From Tubiluchus corallicola (Eukaryota; Animalia; Priapulida): a DNA stretch of 64,000 nt. The DNA lies in the NCBI GenBank assembly GCA_030141605.1, contig JAQGDQ010000825.1, forward strand, positions 27,227 through 91,226, written 5' to 3'. The notes beneath the pieces were generated by a model, which worked only from the letters and a program-made list of their open reading frames with translations, made no database searches and was not told where the DNA came from. Both the position numbers and the translations under genes were made by a program. This document shows positions 12,548 through 27,298 of the stretch, piece by piece; position 1 is the first letter of the stretch, and each line of letters opens with the position of its first letter.

Positions 12548-13840
12548 TCTAAGACGCATCTACTGTACAAACACTGACTTAGCTGCGCATGTATGCTTAC
12601 AAATATCTACATTTACCGCCAGTGCACTCAGCGATAGCTCAGCAGACTGTTTGCGACGAGGACAACCGGTCAAGGTATCAACGGATCAAAGGTTGCTTGT
12701 TAGTTTACACGAGCCAAGGTAAATTGAACTTCTCGGACTGTTGCTACAGGCTGATAAATCGGCAATCCCATCAAGCGACGAATACATCTGGGTTAGAAAC
12801 CTCGTTTACAAAAGTAACAAAAAAAGTCCAAGTAAGAGTTCAATAATTGGTGAATGAAACTGACCAAGGCGAGTATTGAACCCAGCGGCAACCGACCAAG
12901 TTCGGAGTCGCTTAGCTTCAATCGCAAAAGCACGCCCGCCGTGACTACTCGGTTATGAAACCCGCTATTAACAATGTCGAAAGAAACTTAGACACCTCAT
13001 ACGAGTCTTAAACTGAAGAACTTAAATCATGCCCCTGCCTTGACAAAAAAATGCCAGTTTTGCCCATGATTTGCGTCATATCAATTCCCAGAATTATTAA
13101 AATGCACAACATCAGTGGCTTCATCAAGCGTAATTTGCAGTGAGCTGTGCTTCGCAGATGCAATGCACGAAATGTTGTGTAGAGAAATCAATACATCATG
13201 ACTGGGCTCTGAGTACAACGAACCAAGAACTTGCCTTGGGTTCTACTGTACGTTGACTACATGCATGGCAGCAATATAAAATCTCGTGCTAAATACCATA
13301 ATAAACCGACGCCACAGTGCCAGTGTAAAGTGCAAATGCAGTAATGGAATATTTCGCGTTCATAGCAAAACTGTCAGTTACTTTAAATGCTATAACTAAA
13401 TGGTAAAGACAGACAACAGTGTATGAATTTCGTTTACACCCCGATGCTACAACTTTTTTGCTTTCAATCATACTCAACCTATCTCCTGCTTATGTTTAGG
13501 TACGCGCTTAAACAAAATTTTCTTGTGACATGTCAATAAACTTACTACTAGTAGAAATAATTGATGTTTTAAATGTTTTTAATAAGTCTTAAATGATTTC
13601 CATTTAGCGAACACGGTATTTTTGTCCAACACGGCATGCCGTGTGCGCTTAACAGTTTAACCTTGCCAACAGCATGAACCATTGTAATGATAAACATACA
13701 GTATCCGCCTCATGTGGCATGTGATGAATGCTGTATCCGTAACTAGGCTGTATCTTGTATCTACGCATATACTGTATACTGCAGTTTACAAGTAGTGCTT
13801 AATATTATACTGTACCACGTTATTTTAATATTAAACTTAC

Positions 13841-14084
13841 CCGTCGTAGGAGCGGATGTGGTAGTAGGATCAGTGTTGAACTGAAACGCAGACGTTGACC
13901 TATGGTTGCTCGGTCCGGTACCCGCTGTCGCTGGAGTTGTCAACTTATCCTCGACAAGCGTCGGCGTTATAGCCGTAAACGTCGGTGTCGACAGCGGCCC
14001 GTTCTTGTACGAATCCAGATTAACGGCTAGGTGTTGGTCAGCTAAAGCTACCTTAGAAAGTGTGTGCAGTCCATCCATAATCAT
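13841..14084 (-). CDS. EGR1: First coding exon of a probable Egr (early growth response) zinc-finger transcription factor; the zinc-finger exon lies left of the window
   Basis: Reads MIMDGLHTLSKVALADQHL...STPTFTAITPT...TTSAPTT, resembling (from recall) the MIM(D/E)GLxTLSxVAL N-terminus of invertebrate Egr proteins. It ends at a strong phase-1 donor, G|GTAAGT (13840). CArG and CRE sites lie just upstream, and it is divergent from NRBF2 like vertebrate EGR2. An in-frame upstream ATG is at 14144. No zinc fingers are visible in the window, so identity is not directly proven. Confidence 0.7.
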
Positions 14085-14184
14085 AACTGCCCGCTTTTTG
14101 TCACCGTTATAAAATCCATAAAATAAAGACGCTGTGTTGATCATTTAACAAAATACCACAATATAAACAATAAATAAAAACTTG

Positions 14185-14730
14185 TCGATGCGTGGGTGTG
14201 CAGTTGTATTTACCGCATCTCTTGCACGTGCGATATCTTATCCGTTTACCTCAAAATGTCAGCCAAGTTATGCGCTCTAAGCCGACTCGACTTATATGAA
14301 TGAACCACAACTATTACTCTCTTGGATTTTGTGAATGAAACTCTGACGTAGCGCCTTCCAAATATGGTATAGGGGCCGCGGACGAGCCAATCAGCTTGCA
14401 GCTGCTGTTAGCTACGTCGTGGTGACGTACGCGTGACGTCGTACGTCTGAAGTGCCGCTTCATTCACTTGAATGCGTAACTATACAGAATGCAGTGATCA
14501 ATATACGGTAGTAGTTTGGAAAACGCGTATTTCTCGTAATTTCGCGCGGGGTACTTCTATATAGAAGTGCGTTACGTACAGCTACAGAAACCACGTAAAA
14601 ACAAACAAAATGACGAATTACATATCAAAAAATTGCAAATAAAAGCTCCCAGCTCGCTCCCCTTCCTAAGAATTTTAGAACCGGCTATGCACCACTGCAC
14701 TCAAATTATTTTGAGCTCTCCCATATATGG
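14185..14730 (-). promoter_or_regulatory. Immediate-early-type promoter of the Egr gene (two CArG/SRE boxes, CRE-like sites, CCAAT, TATA-like box, EGR-like site)
   Basis: CCAAATATGG at 14358-14367 overlaps an ETS core (CTTCC). A perfect CCATATATGG is at 14721-14730. TGACGT occurs at 14344, 14423 and 14434, CCAAT at ~14387, CATATAAG on the - strand at ~14291-14298, and GCGTGGGTG at 14190-14198. Confidence 0.7.
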
Positions 14731-15542
14731 GCGCCGAATTTTACCGAGTATTCCCGAAGTTAAATGCGGCTTCTACGTATCACAGCGTCACGGCCGAAAA
14801 CGTTTGCAAATGCAGGGGTGCCTAATAAGGTTTCGAACAGTGACGAAGTTGCTAATGTTAGGACTTGGTGTCTTTGCTTCTGAAATGCACGTTTTACATA
14901 ACTAACATCAGTTATATAGTGGAATGAGTTTGCTACGATAAAACATTTGTACTCATACTCATTTGAGAATCATTCTGTATTCAAAAACCTGAGTTTAAAA
15001 TGATTAAAGCCTGACTTAGTCTGTTTTAAGCAAAGTTCAAAAGGCAATCATGTGACCTCGCCCCTCATTAATTAATTATTTATTTACAAACATTATTTTC
15101 CAAATTTTTAATAACTAAAAATGCAACCAACTCACAAGATTTTCCATTAAAAACTAATAAATAGCAATTAGTAATAGCGTGCTATTTAGTAGCATCACCT
15201 TTGTTTTTACAAGCAATACTAAACTGTAATAAAATGCTGTGTGTTACCATACTGAAAAATAAATACATGTATCAGATTAAAGCATAAAAATTACAATTTT
15301 AACATCAAAGTGGTGAACGTAACAATGAAACTTAGTTACTTAGATGCCTCGTTGTGTACATTAAAGATACATTAAAGATACATTAAAGATACGTATATAT
15401 TAAAGACGTCTTTACTAGCCTAAGTAATTTACATGCAATTTTATAGTTTTTGCCTTTTAAAGAACGTTTTTTATTCGACTGACGACATACACAGTTCTGT
15501 TTGTTATCGTAAAAGAAATAACAATTGGAACTTATCAATGTA

Positions 15543-15996
<454 letters not shown>

Positions 15997-16765
15997 CTTT
16001 TATTTATCTTCTAACACACGCACAGTTATAATACAGTTAATTTGGCAACAAAAATGTGAAGAAAGGGCAGCGAAGTATATACAGATATATATATAATTCT
16101 GTGACATAACGCAGCTCCACCGAAGTCAGATTTTGGTTTTAATTTCTCATTCTAGGACAAGCGCTGTTCAGTACACTAACAAATTCATTGATTGAACGCG
16201 GGTTCAACATACGAGAAGTTTGCCGCGGTTACACTGCATTATTGACCTACATTACACTTACTGTAGATGTGCAAGAATATCTTTCACCAGAGCTGCCATG
16301 TACTTAGTTTACTGTAGGTACAGCCAACCGAACTTCCGGCCAAACTCCAGGGTAAGGTCAGTTATTTTAACTTATCACCGCCATCGCTCCATGCAGACAT
16401 TAATACACATTCTAAACTTTATTTTGTTTTCGCTTAATTCTGTTAAAATAAAAAATGCAATTAATAAACGTAACAGAAGAAGTAGTAAACTCATGCGTTT
16501 GATTTTTTTAAAAGAGGAATGCTATAAAAAGATTCGACACAGAAAATAAAAAAAAATGATACCTGAATGAACAAGGAGACCAAAAGACGTTGAAAATAAG
16601 AAATTCATGAATTTTTTTTTGGTTTATGGTCAATGTGGTGAAAGCGAGGAATGGGACTGAGTAAACGAAGTAAATTGACTACATCTTGACGCCATTTCTG
16701 TACATGTGAAAAATGATGGGTTTAGTGGCAATTTTTGAGAAATGGCGGAAGCTTGAAACTTAAAC

Positions 16766-17036
<271 letters not shown>

Positions 17037-17039
17037 AAA

Positions 17040-17380
17040 TCTTTATTTGCCATTTTAAAAACATTGATCATCATAATAAAAGACAGACAATCAGTGTTAG
17101 TTCATATAAAAACATACACTGTTCTGGGCAAATGCGTCTGGTGCAAGCTAAACTATAAGTGCAACTAGAAATTCAAAAATAAAATATAAACTAGTTTAGT
17201 AAGGTCTAGGAAAAATGAAATTATGATTTGAGTTAGTATCATCGTGTTCGTATGTCGGATATTCAAAACGAGTCATTAAATGTTTTTTTTTAAATTTAGA
17301 CTTGAATATTGATAAAGAGCTGCTGTGTTTTAGTGATGTCGGTAATGAATTCCAAAGTTGTATTGCTTCACTCAATACAC
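17040..17380 (-). mobile_element. CR1/L2-like LINE 3' fragment, same family as 1450-1975
   Basis: Encodes AIQLWNSLPTSLKHSSSLSIFKSK. Shares the UTR caatcagtgttagtt..acactg..ggcaaatgcgtc. The tail is the microsatellite at 16766-17036. Confidence 0.7.
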
Positions 17381-18737
17381 TCAGAACTTCACTCTTTCCA
17401 TACCATCTGATTGTTAATACAATTTTCTCTACAGAGGACTTATCTTCACTAATAATATTTCAAAATTGTGGAGTCTTTTAATGTGCAGTCTCGCACATTG
17501 TGGAGGCTTTTAATATGCAGTTTCCCCACTTTGCAGAGGCTTTTAATTCGCTGTTTCGCACAATGTGCGTTTATGATTAGCAAAACTCGTCGTTGGTTCT
17601 CGGTAATTATGTTTGGTCAATTTAGTTAGAATTTGCTTTGACATTTTTTTATTAAAACAGCTTAATTCTGCTGTCACACTGTATACATTTATGTACAGCA
17701 TTGAATTTTGAAAAATTGATTTCGTTTCCGTATCATTTCGTGTGTTTAGGGCTTCGCGCATATAACAGTCTCAGCACGGCAGCGTGTGTAATTATTATCA
17801 ATTACAACTGCACAATTTTTGTGGCATCTGTAGCGTGTAATGTTTCAAAACGTGTGCAAACAAGCTTAATTAATGCACACAATATTTAAATATTTGAATT
17901 TTCCTAGTACGCTAACATTTTTCATCTGTGGTGACTGTCCAGCGCCCAGTCCGCAATGCGTACTTAAATTCGGCTTACGTACACACCCCTTCGCAAAAAT
18001 GTTGTGACCCAGATTTACGAGTGATGTCATATAAACCGCCAAAGAATGTAGCTGCTTAGTCATTTCCGGCTGTAAAAAAGAAGTCTCTCTGTTACCATTG
18101 ATCACGATCAAAGCGCCGATCAGCAGTATTCGTTATTTGCCAACGTAGATAACGAAGAGAGTAAAAAGGTTATTCTGAGTAATTTAGCTGTGGTATCATT
18201 TTGGCCGGCATAATTCTGCGTCATAATTGTTGAGAAACATCATATTATAACAGAGTAACTGTATTTACCGACTTTTAAATGAAAAAAATGAGGATTTTTT
18301 ATTGTTTCTGTCATATTTTTTGTTTTGTACGTTCACAAAAGTTTATGTTCATTTATTTTTAGAGAGTAGCACATAGATTAAGCATTGAGGCGTTCACTGT
18401 AATGTATTTTTGTAAAATATCTACTGTTAAGATAAGTTTCATTTGTTTGACTTAAAACTTTTTAAAATTAATGTTAAATAATATCCAAGCGTATGGCTCG
18501 ACATAATTATAATTTGGACTCATTGCAAAAAATTCTTATCTACTTTTATCCGCATACGAGTTTTCACTGTACAACGCATAAGCAGCGTCCTCTCTTGGCA
18601 TTTTTGTAAAGATCCTGACTAGGGTTTGCCCCTACCAGGCCTTATGTCCCACCATAAAACTGTTTTATATATCAATAAAGCGTTACATAAAGTCCTTGTA
18701 TTAAAACAGTCTGGAAATCACAATAAAGACGTGTGAA

Positions 18738-19049
18738 TTGAACCCCGGTCTCGAAACTCTTGGTTTTGAATCGACAATATTTGAGCATCATCGGATAAGC
18801 TTCACAAGAATGCGTCTTCAGTCACATAGGCTGGGGATAGAAACGGGTAGATGGGCGAGACAGCCAAGGGAAAATAGGTTATGTTCTCGTGGGGACATTC
18901 AAACTGAGAAACACGTTATACAGACACGCCCCCTAACATCAAATATTAGAAACCGCTACGACAATGTAAACTTTGCTGATTTAACTCACTTCTTTGAGCA
19001 CACTAATTGTTATATAATATGTTATGAAATTTTGCAACTTTCATGCTGA
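18738..19049 (+). mobile_element. LINE ORF2 C-terminal remnant
   Basis: FTRMRLQSHRLGIETGRWARQPRENRLC...IQTEKHV matches the conserved LINE RLSSHxLxIETGR motif with a degenerate zinc knuckle. Confidence 0.7.
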
Positions 19050-21669
19050 TGTACCTTGTATGCATAACACTGTTTTTAATGCAATAACCTTGAGTATGAA
19101 ATGTACGTAAAGTGACAATCTGAACTAAAATCACTAATGTGTCGATTGTGGCATTGACCTCGTTCTTCGTGTATACATGTGACTTGTTTTAGTCAATAAA
19201 CTACATACATTCATACATACGTTAGACGTAGAAACTAGTACATACATAGTGTGTTGGACACGGCAAAACGGCAACGACAAAATATCAGTTGATGATACTG
19301 TTAACAAGACATAAGGAAAGGGGGTCATGGAAATAGACAAAATTAACACATGTGTCCTTTTCGCTGTGATATATTTACATGTACCATTTTACCTACGTTC
19401 ATAACGTTTGAGCCCCCCCCCTGCGAAATGAAGCCAGTGGGATCTTATCACTCCAACCTTTTAAAATAGTAATTTAGTATTAGTTAAATAAGTAGTTACA
19501 ATCAAGAGCTAATTTTCTTCTGTCAAAATCCCGTTTTTACTTTGACTAAAGGATACAAAGAACAAAAAAGGCAGGAGCTCAAGCCCCCTAGCCTTCCCCA
19601 TGTTAACGCGCTGGATAGATGCCCAGACCTCTAACACAGAAAAATAAGCTACGCATGTCTAAATGCCTATTGTTTGAAGCTTCCAATACTTGAGCAAAAT
19701 AACGTGCGTTCAAATAACCAATGTGTCCAGACCGACTTGTGTCTAAATGGACTGTATGTGCCCAAATACATAGCTTGTATGCAAGTTACGTGTGTCCAAG
19801 TGTCTCTCCAAAGTCCCTATATGTACTCAAAGGTAAGTGTGTTCAAATTACTGTGTGCCCAAAGTACCTTGAGTCCAAATGACCAATGTGTCTCAAGTAC
19901 TTTGTGTCCAAATGTCTGTACACCTAATGTAAACGTAATTGAAGTTGGTAGAACATATTGATGATAGATTGATTTTATTCGTTCGGGAAACTGAAAGTAT
20001 TTTGCCGTAGTAGCCAAGTTATTTGTACTTGAATTGAATCTCTTGGTCTATAAAACAATTTTGCGTTTGTACTCAAGAAATGACACTATAGACACGAAGT
20101 AGTTACTAAACATAATGGCCAGTATAGACTGAAAGTGCCATAAACAACAGCTTGTAAGAATTGCAAAACGTATTAAATAATATGGAAATTGTTGATTCTG
20201 AATATAAAGGTGACTCTTGTGCCCAACCTGTGCAGCACACGGTACTTGACACGGCAGTATATAAGAATGTTTGCCACATATTTTACATTTTTGCGTGAGT
20301 ATAAGTAAATAAAGCTTACATGGTACGACAGTTTTGAGGGATCGTCCCTTTTTATTGAGCCTCTCATTTATAAAAGTTTTAGTAATACAAGATTAAAGTT
20401 TATACTTCTGCCACACACAGTATATTGAACAAATCAGAATACGTTATCATTTTCCTTACGATTTTACTGCTAACATTATGGTTGTTGCCGGTACGATTGT
20501 TTGTCATTGTTGTAGGTGGAGGAAGCGGAGGCATCATTGTTGTAGGAGTGTGCAAGTGTCATTGTTGCTGTACTTCATAGTATGAAACAGATCTGTGTTT
20601 CTGAATAAGCTATTAATTGCTAGCAATAATATGGGCACCATGTAGCATGATTTTTTAATACTGTGCTTTAATTGTATCCCTAACTAAGTGTAGTACGAAG
20701 TATTTTGCAGTTTACATTTTCATACTTTTGCATCGTGTCTCTGCTGAACTTCTTTCTAATTCATTTCTTTTCTCTATCTCTGTCTATTATTTTATCTCAA
20801 CTACTCCCTGATTTCCTATAATTCTCTCTCTTCTAAATTAAGTCGTTTTTTCACTTTTCATGGTGATCTTACAAGCTTTGCTTCTTGACCACCATGCAGC
20901 ATCTATTTCTTGTTGACAAACTATTATGTAGTTTAGTAAATATGTTAGTATACTTCTGTTAAATTTTTGTAATTACATTTGGAATTTTTTCCCTAACTAT
21001 ATCATGCTATAGTACACTAATGTAGTTCTGTTACAATTATTGTAACTATATTTCATTTTCTAGTTACAGGGCATAATAGTTTAAGATAATAATGCAAATT
21101 GTAATGTAAAAATACATGCTGAAGTGATAATAAATTACAATTACATTTACAATTACAAGTATTTAGTAAGGTTTGAAAGGCGAAGTGAGGTTTTGCAGAA
21201 CAATGCTTCACGTTTGTTCCTGCTTTTCATTTAAAAGACGGGAATTAAGTAGCGTTCATGTAGCACGCGATGCGCTTTGGGGGGTGCGGAATAGATATAA
21301 TCAGTTTATATTGTTTTCAATGCAGCCTGCGTACGCGTTATTCTTTTTCTTCAGCTATTTCCTTTGAATTCTTTCCGCAGGCTGTTCCGCAATGGAAAAC
21401 GCATCCGTATGCTGCGTAAACTCCATTTTAAATTGGAGAAGTTGGTAAAAAAAACAAAAAAAAAATCTGTTGCTTTGCCTTGCTAAACAGCCATTTCATT
21501 TATTTACCAATGGCGCAAGTAATTTTAACATTTTCTTTTGTTTGAAGGCAAAAAGAAATCTGTTTACATATGTGAAAATTTGCAAAAAATATAATTAGGA
21601 AATGATTTTGAAATGTCGAGATGATCAATAACACTGAAGATACGTGCGTGTACGTCTCTATTACAGTTC

Positions 21670-22060
21670 ATTGTGTACAAGTAAATACATATGGAATTCA
21701 ATTGCTCCAGCTATTAAAAATGCCAACTCGCTGTCCGTATTTAAAAAAAATATAAATTAAACTTACTTGAAACATATAACTGATCACTCAATCATGATTT
21801 GTTGTTTTTCATTTTCAAAAACTTCCCCTCTAGTATAATAATATTTTTATTACTTCCCACCCGTATTTATATTTATATATATTGTAATATTGTATCTGTA
21901 TATATTGTAATTTTTTTCGTAACTAATTCTAGTGGCCTACCATAAGCTAGCTTCTTAGGCCTCTAGTGCAGTATTCATGAATTGTATCATATTTTTGTAT
22001 TAACAAAACCTGATTATCGTGCATATGTAATGTAATGTATATGTTTATTGCGAAATAAAT
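21670..22060 (+). mobile_element. Degenerate CR1/L2-like LINE 3' end
   Basis: IWNSIAPAIKNANSLSVFKK-like remnant, followed by an AT-rich UTR ending in AATAAA. Confidence 0.45.
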
Positions 22061-22267
22061 CTATTAAAAAAACAAGCAGACTTATAAGCTTTAATAATAT
22101 CAACTTTTTAAACGGTAACAATCTATTTTAGAAATTTTGAAGCTTTTAGAGCAGCCAGCTTCACAGCAGTGCATGCATATTTCTTTTGCATGCACAAAAA
22201 TACATCTGGAAATTGCGGGAAAGCTAAAACGTTGAAATTACTCGCATCAGTTCATGATTGAAAGTTT

Positions 22268-22727
22268 CAGGGGTGTGCAAATTATCTGACTAGCCGGGCC
22301 ACATTAAACTTTCCTGCAATTCCTGCGGGCCGCAGGCAGTTTGATCAAGGAGCCAAGTACAGTAAGGTCTAATAAGGATTTTTTGCATCTGACCTGCGTA
22401 CATCATTACTACTACACTCAAGAAACTATTTTAGAAGTTATTAAAATTTATATTACAAAGCATATATTTCTACTTTCAGGACAGATAGTGGTAATTTCAT
22501 TACAATGCATATTAGTAATGTGTATCACACAGTCTGTGTAGTACAGTGACATTAAGCTACAACCGTCTTGTTAAGGGTTAATGGCATCCGATCTAGTAGA
22601 AAAAACTACCCGCACTATCTTTAGGATCGTGGCACGGACTTCAACTGGATACACTCAATTAATCGCCCGGGCCGCACTTTCATTAGGTTGACAAATCTTT
22701 TCGCGGGCCGCAATTTGCACACCCCTG
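22268..22727. mobile_element. hAT (Charlie-like) MITE upstream of NRBF2
   Basis: TIR CAGGGGTGTGCAAATT...AATTTGCACACCCCTG with subterminal CGGGCCGC motifs; TSD degenerate. Confidence 0.82.
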
Positions 22728-23494
22728 ATTGAAACGCAATCTTTAAAGCAAGCGTCAGTTGTGCGTTGATGCGTCGTAAGCATTCTCACACAATAAACTT
22801 TGGTTTTGACGCCAATAATTGACGTCATATACTGTCGAATAAAAGCTGATCAATAGTAACTATGGCAACAAAACGCCGCTATTAAGCAAACGCGTTCAAG
22901 CTGCCTTCTTCAGGTCAGTGTAACTGTAACTTGGTAAGCAATTATCAGCAGAATATCAACACAGTGAATCTTACGCAACAAGTATAAGGAAAAAGTGGAT
23001 TAGAAATTTGAAATAACAATGCTCAGTAGGTAAATAGACGTGATTCACTAAAATTTAGTTGAAAAATGGCTATTTACGATTTTGCTGGAATTCTTTGCCC
23101 CTCAAATTTCACCATATCAAGTCGCTTGATAGTTTAAACAAGTCAGGAAACGTACTTTTTAATTTAGCATTGTTTTTATTATTTTACTAATTTTTTATGT
23201 TTTCATGATTTTTCCTTTTTTTCAATGTACTTTTAAGTCAATTAATGTCCTTGGTCTCTTACGTTTAATATATTTTAAGAAATAATTTTTTTAGTAATTT
23301 TGATGATGTTTTACTTGTAAAATGCATTTGATCATCACCTAAAATGCATTAAAAATATTCAATTATTAATAATTAATAAGAATGTAGAATTTATTAGACA
23401 AGAATTTGGGACATGTACGTAGATGAAGACAATCTGTTTTTACATTGTGCTGCCGTCTAGTGGCAGTGTATGCAAGTTTCTGTAGAAAAGCAAG

Positions 23495-26434
23495 ATGGAC
23501 GACTTTCCTCTCAATTTGGTAAGACTTGTTTATTAAATACTAAAAGTAAAAACTAAACTAAACTTTAAAGCCAATCAATTATAAGTAATAAAGTTTCAGA
23601 TGGAAGACGATGTTGCAAACGTCAAAATAGAATACACGATTCTGCGTCGATACGTGACGTACAAATGCTTCTGTTTATTTTCTATGTTTCAGGCTCATCA
23701 ACAAGAAAGGATTGCAGAGAAGTTAATTAAACAAGGCAAATTTAAAGAAGCATTACTGTGTTATCAAAATGCCGCAGGTATGGTTGTGGTTTTCTCATAC
23801 ACTTTTCCTCGGTTTATGCTGTACGTAATGGTTTCTAATTGTAAGGATGTTGATTATTTTAGCTAGAGAATAATGTGGTAGAGTAGTTTTAACTGGCCGA
23901 TTAGCTTGCTAGTCAGACAATAGCTTTAGCTTTTAACTTGGTACTCGTCTGTTAACTGCATACTGTATGATAATTAATCCGGAATCTCACGTGCGTGCAC
24001 ACACGCACATTTGCAAGTAATTATTCAGATAACGTTAAAATGGTCATAGTAAATTTTTACAAGCGTTTTAAGCTCCGTCAGTATCCTTTTTGTATACAAG
24101 GGATCCTTATTAATGACAGGGCAGAATGATTTTAAGAACATCTTTCCAGTCATTTAGCAGATTTTTTCACATCTGCCTTGCACGTTCTGTAGAGAATGAT
24201 CCATATACATTTTTCTCGTATCTAAAATGAACAAAGTTACATTTGTAACCGTGGATATAGCTTGCATGCTATATTTCGTATGATGTAGTTCAGACGGCTT
24301 CTTTGAGTCCTTCAATTAGAAGACCATTTACTGCTGCAATGGAACCCATTTTTCTTCATAAATATTTAGAACGAAGTAACTTGGTCTGTTCTGACGTCAC
24401 AACTATAAAAACTGATGTTGCATGAACGAGACCAGCATCACAACGAAATAAACCACTTTATAGAGTTGCTATGCAAGCTAGTAACAAAATAGAAATATTT
24501 TGGTTATATTTATTTGTTTTGTTTGAAAATCAAAAAAGTACTGAAACAGCACAAGGTTTGTTACAAGAAACAAATGAAAAACATGTATCAATTTTCAACA
24601 TAAGCCTAACTACAGGAACAGGCATATAGCAATATACATATTTTCAATAGCCTTATGCTTAGCAAATACTTAAATCCACATTAAAACAGCCGTACCACTT
24701 TTCTGTGTGACCGTACATAGATGACAGATCACCATTGACTATATAGGTAGTTGAAAGTAAAAATAAATTGGACTGAAAAATTCAAATTGTCCAGTTTGGT
24801 GGTAATTGTTACCTAGTTATTATCCAAGTAAATTTAGAGGCCATTAAATAATCAAGCTTGTCTTTTTGCGATAACATATAGTCTGTTTTTTGCCATTTAA
24901 ACTTGCTTTATGTACTTATTGGATTCTGGGGCGTATCAACACTTTACTTCTCGCCCATCTCTATTGTGAATTTATAGTTGTTTATGTAATGATTTGGTTG
25001 AACAACTATTTGTGGTGTATAAGAAACACTATTAACTTAGTTTCTACGTGGTCATTGTTAATTACATGTATTTGCGTACCGCTTATATTCAAACAGGCTG
25101 CACAACTTCTTGTTATGTAATACCTTGCACCTGTTCATTATGTGAGACTTAATGTTTTTCTTGAAGTAAGACACAAGTTCAAACATGAACACATCAATAT
25201 TAATTATTTACCGTACCTTTACATAATTTATAAACTTAATACACCTTAAACATAAATGGCATATCTCTTTAAACTTAAAAAAATAACTAGGTTCGAAATG
25301 TATTAATATAACAGATAATATGGTCTTATTATTAGATTTTTTTAGTCGTTTTCGGTCGATAATCATATTAAAAATAGCATTAATAATATACAGTTATTTG
25401 TTATTCATTTAGTTTAAAACCAGTATGGCCTTACACGTACATGCAACTTTGCTTCTTTTAGTGTCACTATTGCATAGTCAAATTAGTTTGTTAGCTATTT
25501 TGCTTTTAATTAGGTAGTTTTGCCCATAGAACTCGGCTTAACTAATTTTGTTTTACAGAAGTTTACTCGGCGTTATAAAATGCGCCCTTTAAGTAAATAT
25601 GAAATTATACACATTTTCCGAAGAGAATAAGAATTTTTTCTAAAATGTGATGCTCTCAAACTTTGGCTCCCTAGGCTGTAGCATAGTTAGCCTATTGGTT
25701 AATACGCCCCTGATTAGATTTTATTCTAAATAATAAATAAACTTTGATTCTTTTAAATGACAGGATATTTGGATAAAAGCATGTGTCAGACTTCGGATCC
25801 GGTCGCTTTGCAGTCTCTACAGTTGCAGAAGCAACGTTATATAGACCACGAACAGTTAATGACTAGTCAAGCCGAACATTACGAATCTTTGCGCAAACAG
25901 AAGTCCGAACCTAGTGTAAACCATCGTGAAGCGTCAACTGTTGATGCAGACCTTCAACAGGCTCTTTCGAAGAACTTCGAACAATACGACACGCTTTTGC
26001 AGGTGTGTTTTCAAAAAGCTGAAACTCCGGAAGACGTGTTGGCGCCCAAATCGCAAGATGAAATCATTCGTTCGGCCATCAAATTTCCGAAACCCGAGCA
26101 GACGGTGATCGAGGAATTGCAGCTGAATAAGCAAGAGTTGCGTAATTTAATTCAAGATTTGACACAACGCTTGGAGGTGACAGAGCAAGAAAATCGCAAC
26201 CTGAGAATGGCGAATAAAAGACTGTCAGAGAAAGTGCGCGAGTTGACCGACCGAGTGAAACGTTTAGAACATAGTGATCTTAAATCTTTGTCGAACTCAA
26301 GTGCCAGTTTAAACATCGACCTGAAAGACAGCAGTAACATTGCTCTTTCTAGTGGTCAACACAGCCCTTTAGTGACTACAAACATTGATCTGCCAGAGCT
26401 CGCTCCTTTAGAATTGCCACACTTTGAATATTAA
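23495..26434 (+). CDS. NRBF2: Nuclear receptor-binding factor 2 (Atg38 homolog, PI3KC3-C1 subunit; MIT domain plus coiled coil), 259 aa
   Basis: Exons 23495-23518 (MDDFPLNL), 23693-23777 (AHQQERIAEKLIKQGKFKEALLCYQNAA) and 25764-26434. All junctions are GT-AG and phase-consistent (780 nt). Matches the NRBF2 PLNL/AHQQ MIT start, the KxPK..TVIEEL coiled coil and the C-terminal LPELAPLELP. Confidence 0.92.
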
Positions 26435-27298
26435 TGCTGGAGTTTGGGTCGTTAAGGGATGGTGACTCTCGTGTTTTGGATATAAGCAAGTGGTGCCTCC
26501 TGGTGTTTGTTTTTCCTAGTTTAGACAGGTGAGCTAGGTCAGGAAATAGGCCATTGGCCTCATTTCACAGTTAGGATATGAAAGTAGTGAGTCACCGGTA
26601 TGCGGCAAAGATGTAAGTTTCATTTCTTCACATTTCGTCATGTCATATTATTGTTAATTATCATTATACCAGTTACTTAATGTTTTGACGTTGGCTTAGC
26701 AGAAAGAATTTTTAATTTTTCTTCAGATAAAACGAAGTCGAACGCATGTCGCGTACATCTCGCAAAAATTACTGTACCAGGCTGGCATAAATAGGGTCTC
26801 TTGTTTTATATGCTTAATTCATTGGTCAACTGTTCTTGTATATATGTTTTATATAACTCATTATATAGAAGGTAATTTTCGTTCTTTGATGCTGTGAAGC
26901 CAGATTGTATAAAACTTTAATAAATTTTGAACATCAAAAAACAGTCTGTAGGTGTTAGTAACAGTTTATATCATCAAGTTCTGTATGTGAATTCTCTGTT
27001 TTAAATCCATCTTAGTGAAGGTTGATCACGCATGTATACAAAAATGTATGTAGAAAAAGTAGCCGATAACAAAACATCTCATAATGATATGTTCCATACA
27101 TGACACCAGCTATATTATTCTTTCACAGTAAAATAACCAATAATTTCAATGCAAGCATGCTAGTTTTTGATGCACTAGTGCAGCTAACAAAGTGTCTGAG
27201 GAATCACTTTACCTGACGTCACATGTGAACTTGTCTTCACTTGAAGTCACACTTGACTTGTCAAGTTCAAATATTTTGGGTTTCACAAAATGTCTAGC

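Noticed and set aside
23600-23692. ORF-track start MEDDVANV for NRBF2
   Set aside because: This stretch is intronic; the conserved PLNL start is in the 24-bp exon at 23495-23518.
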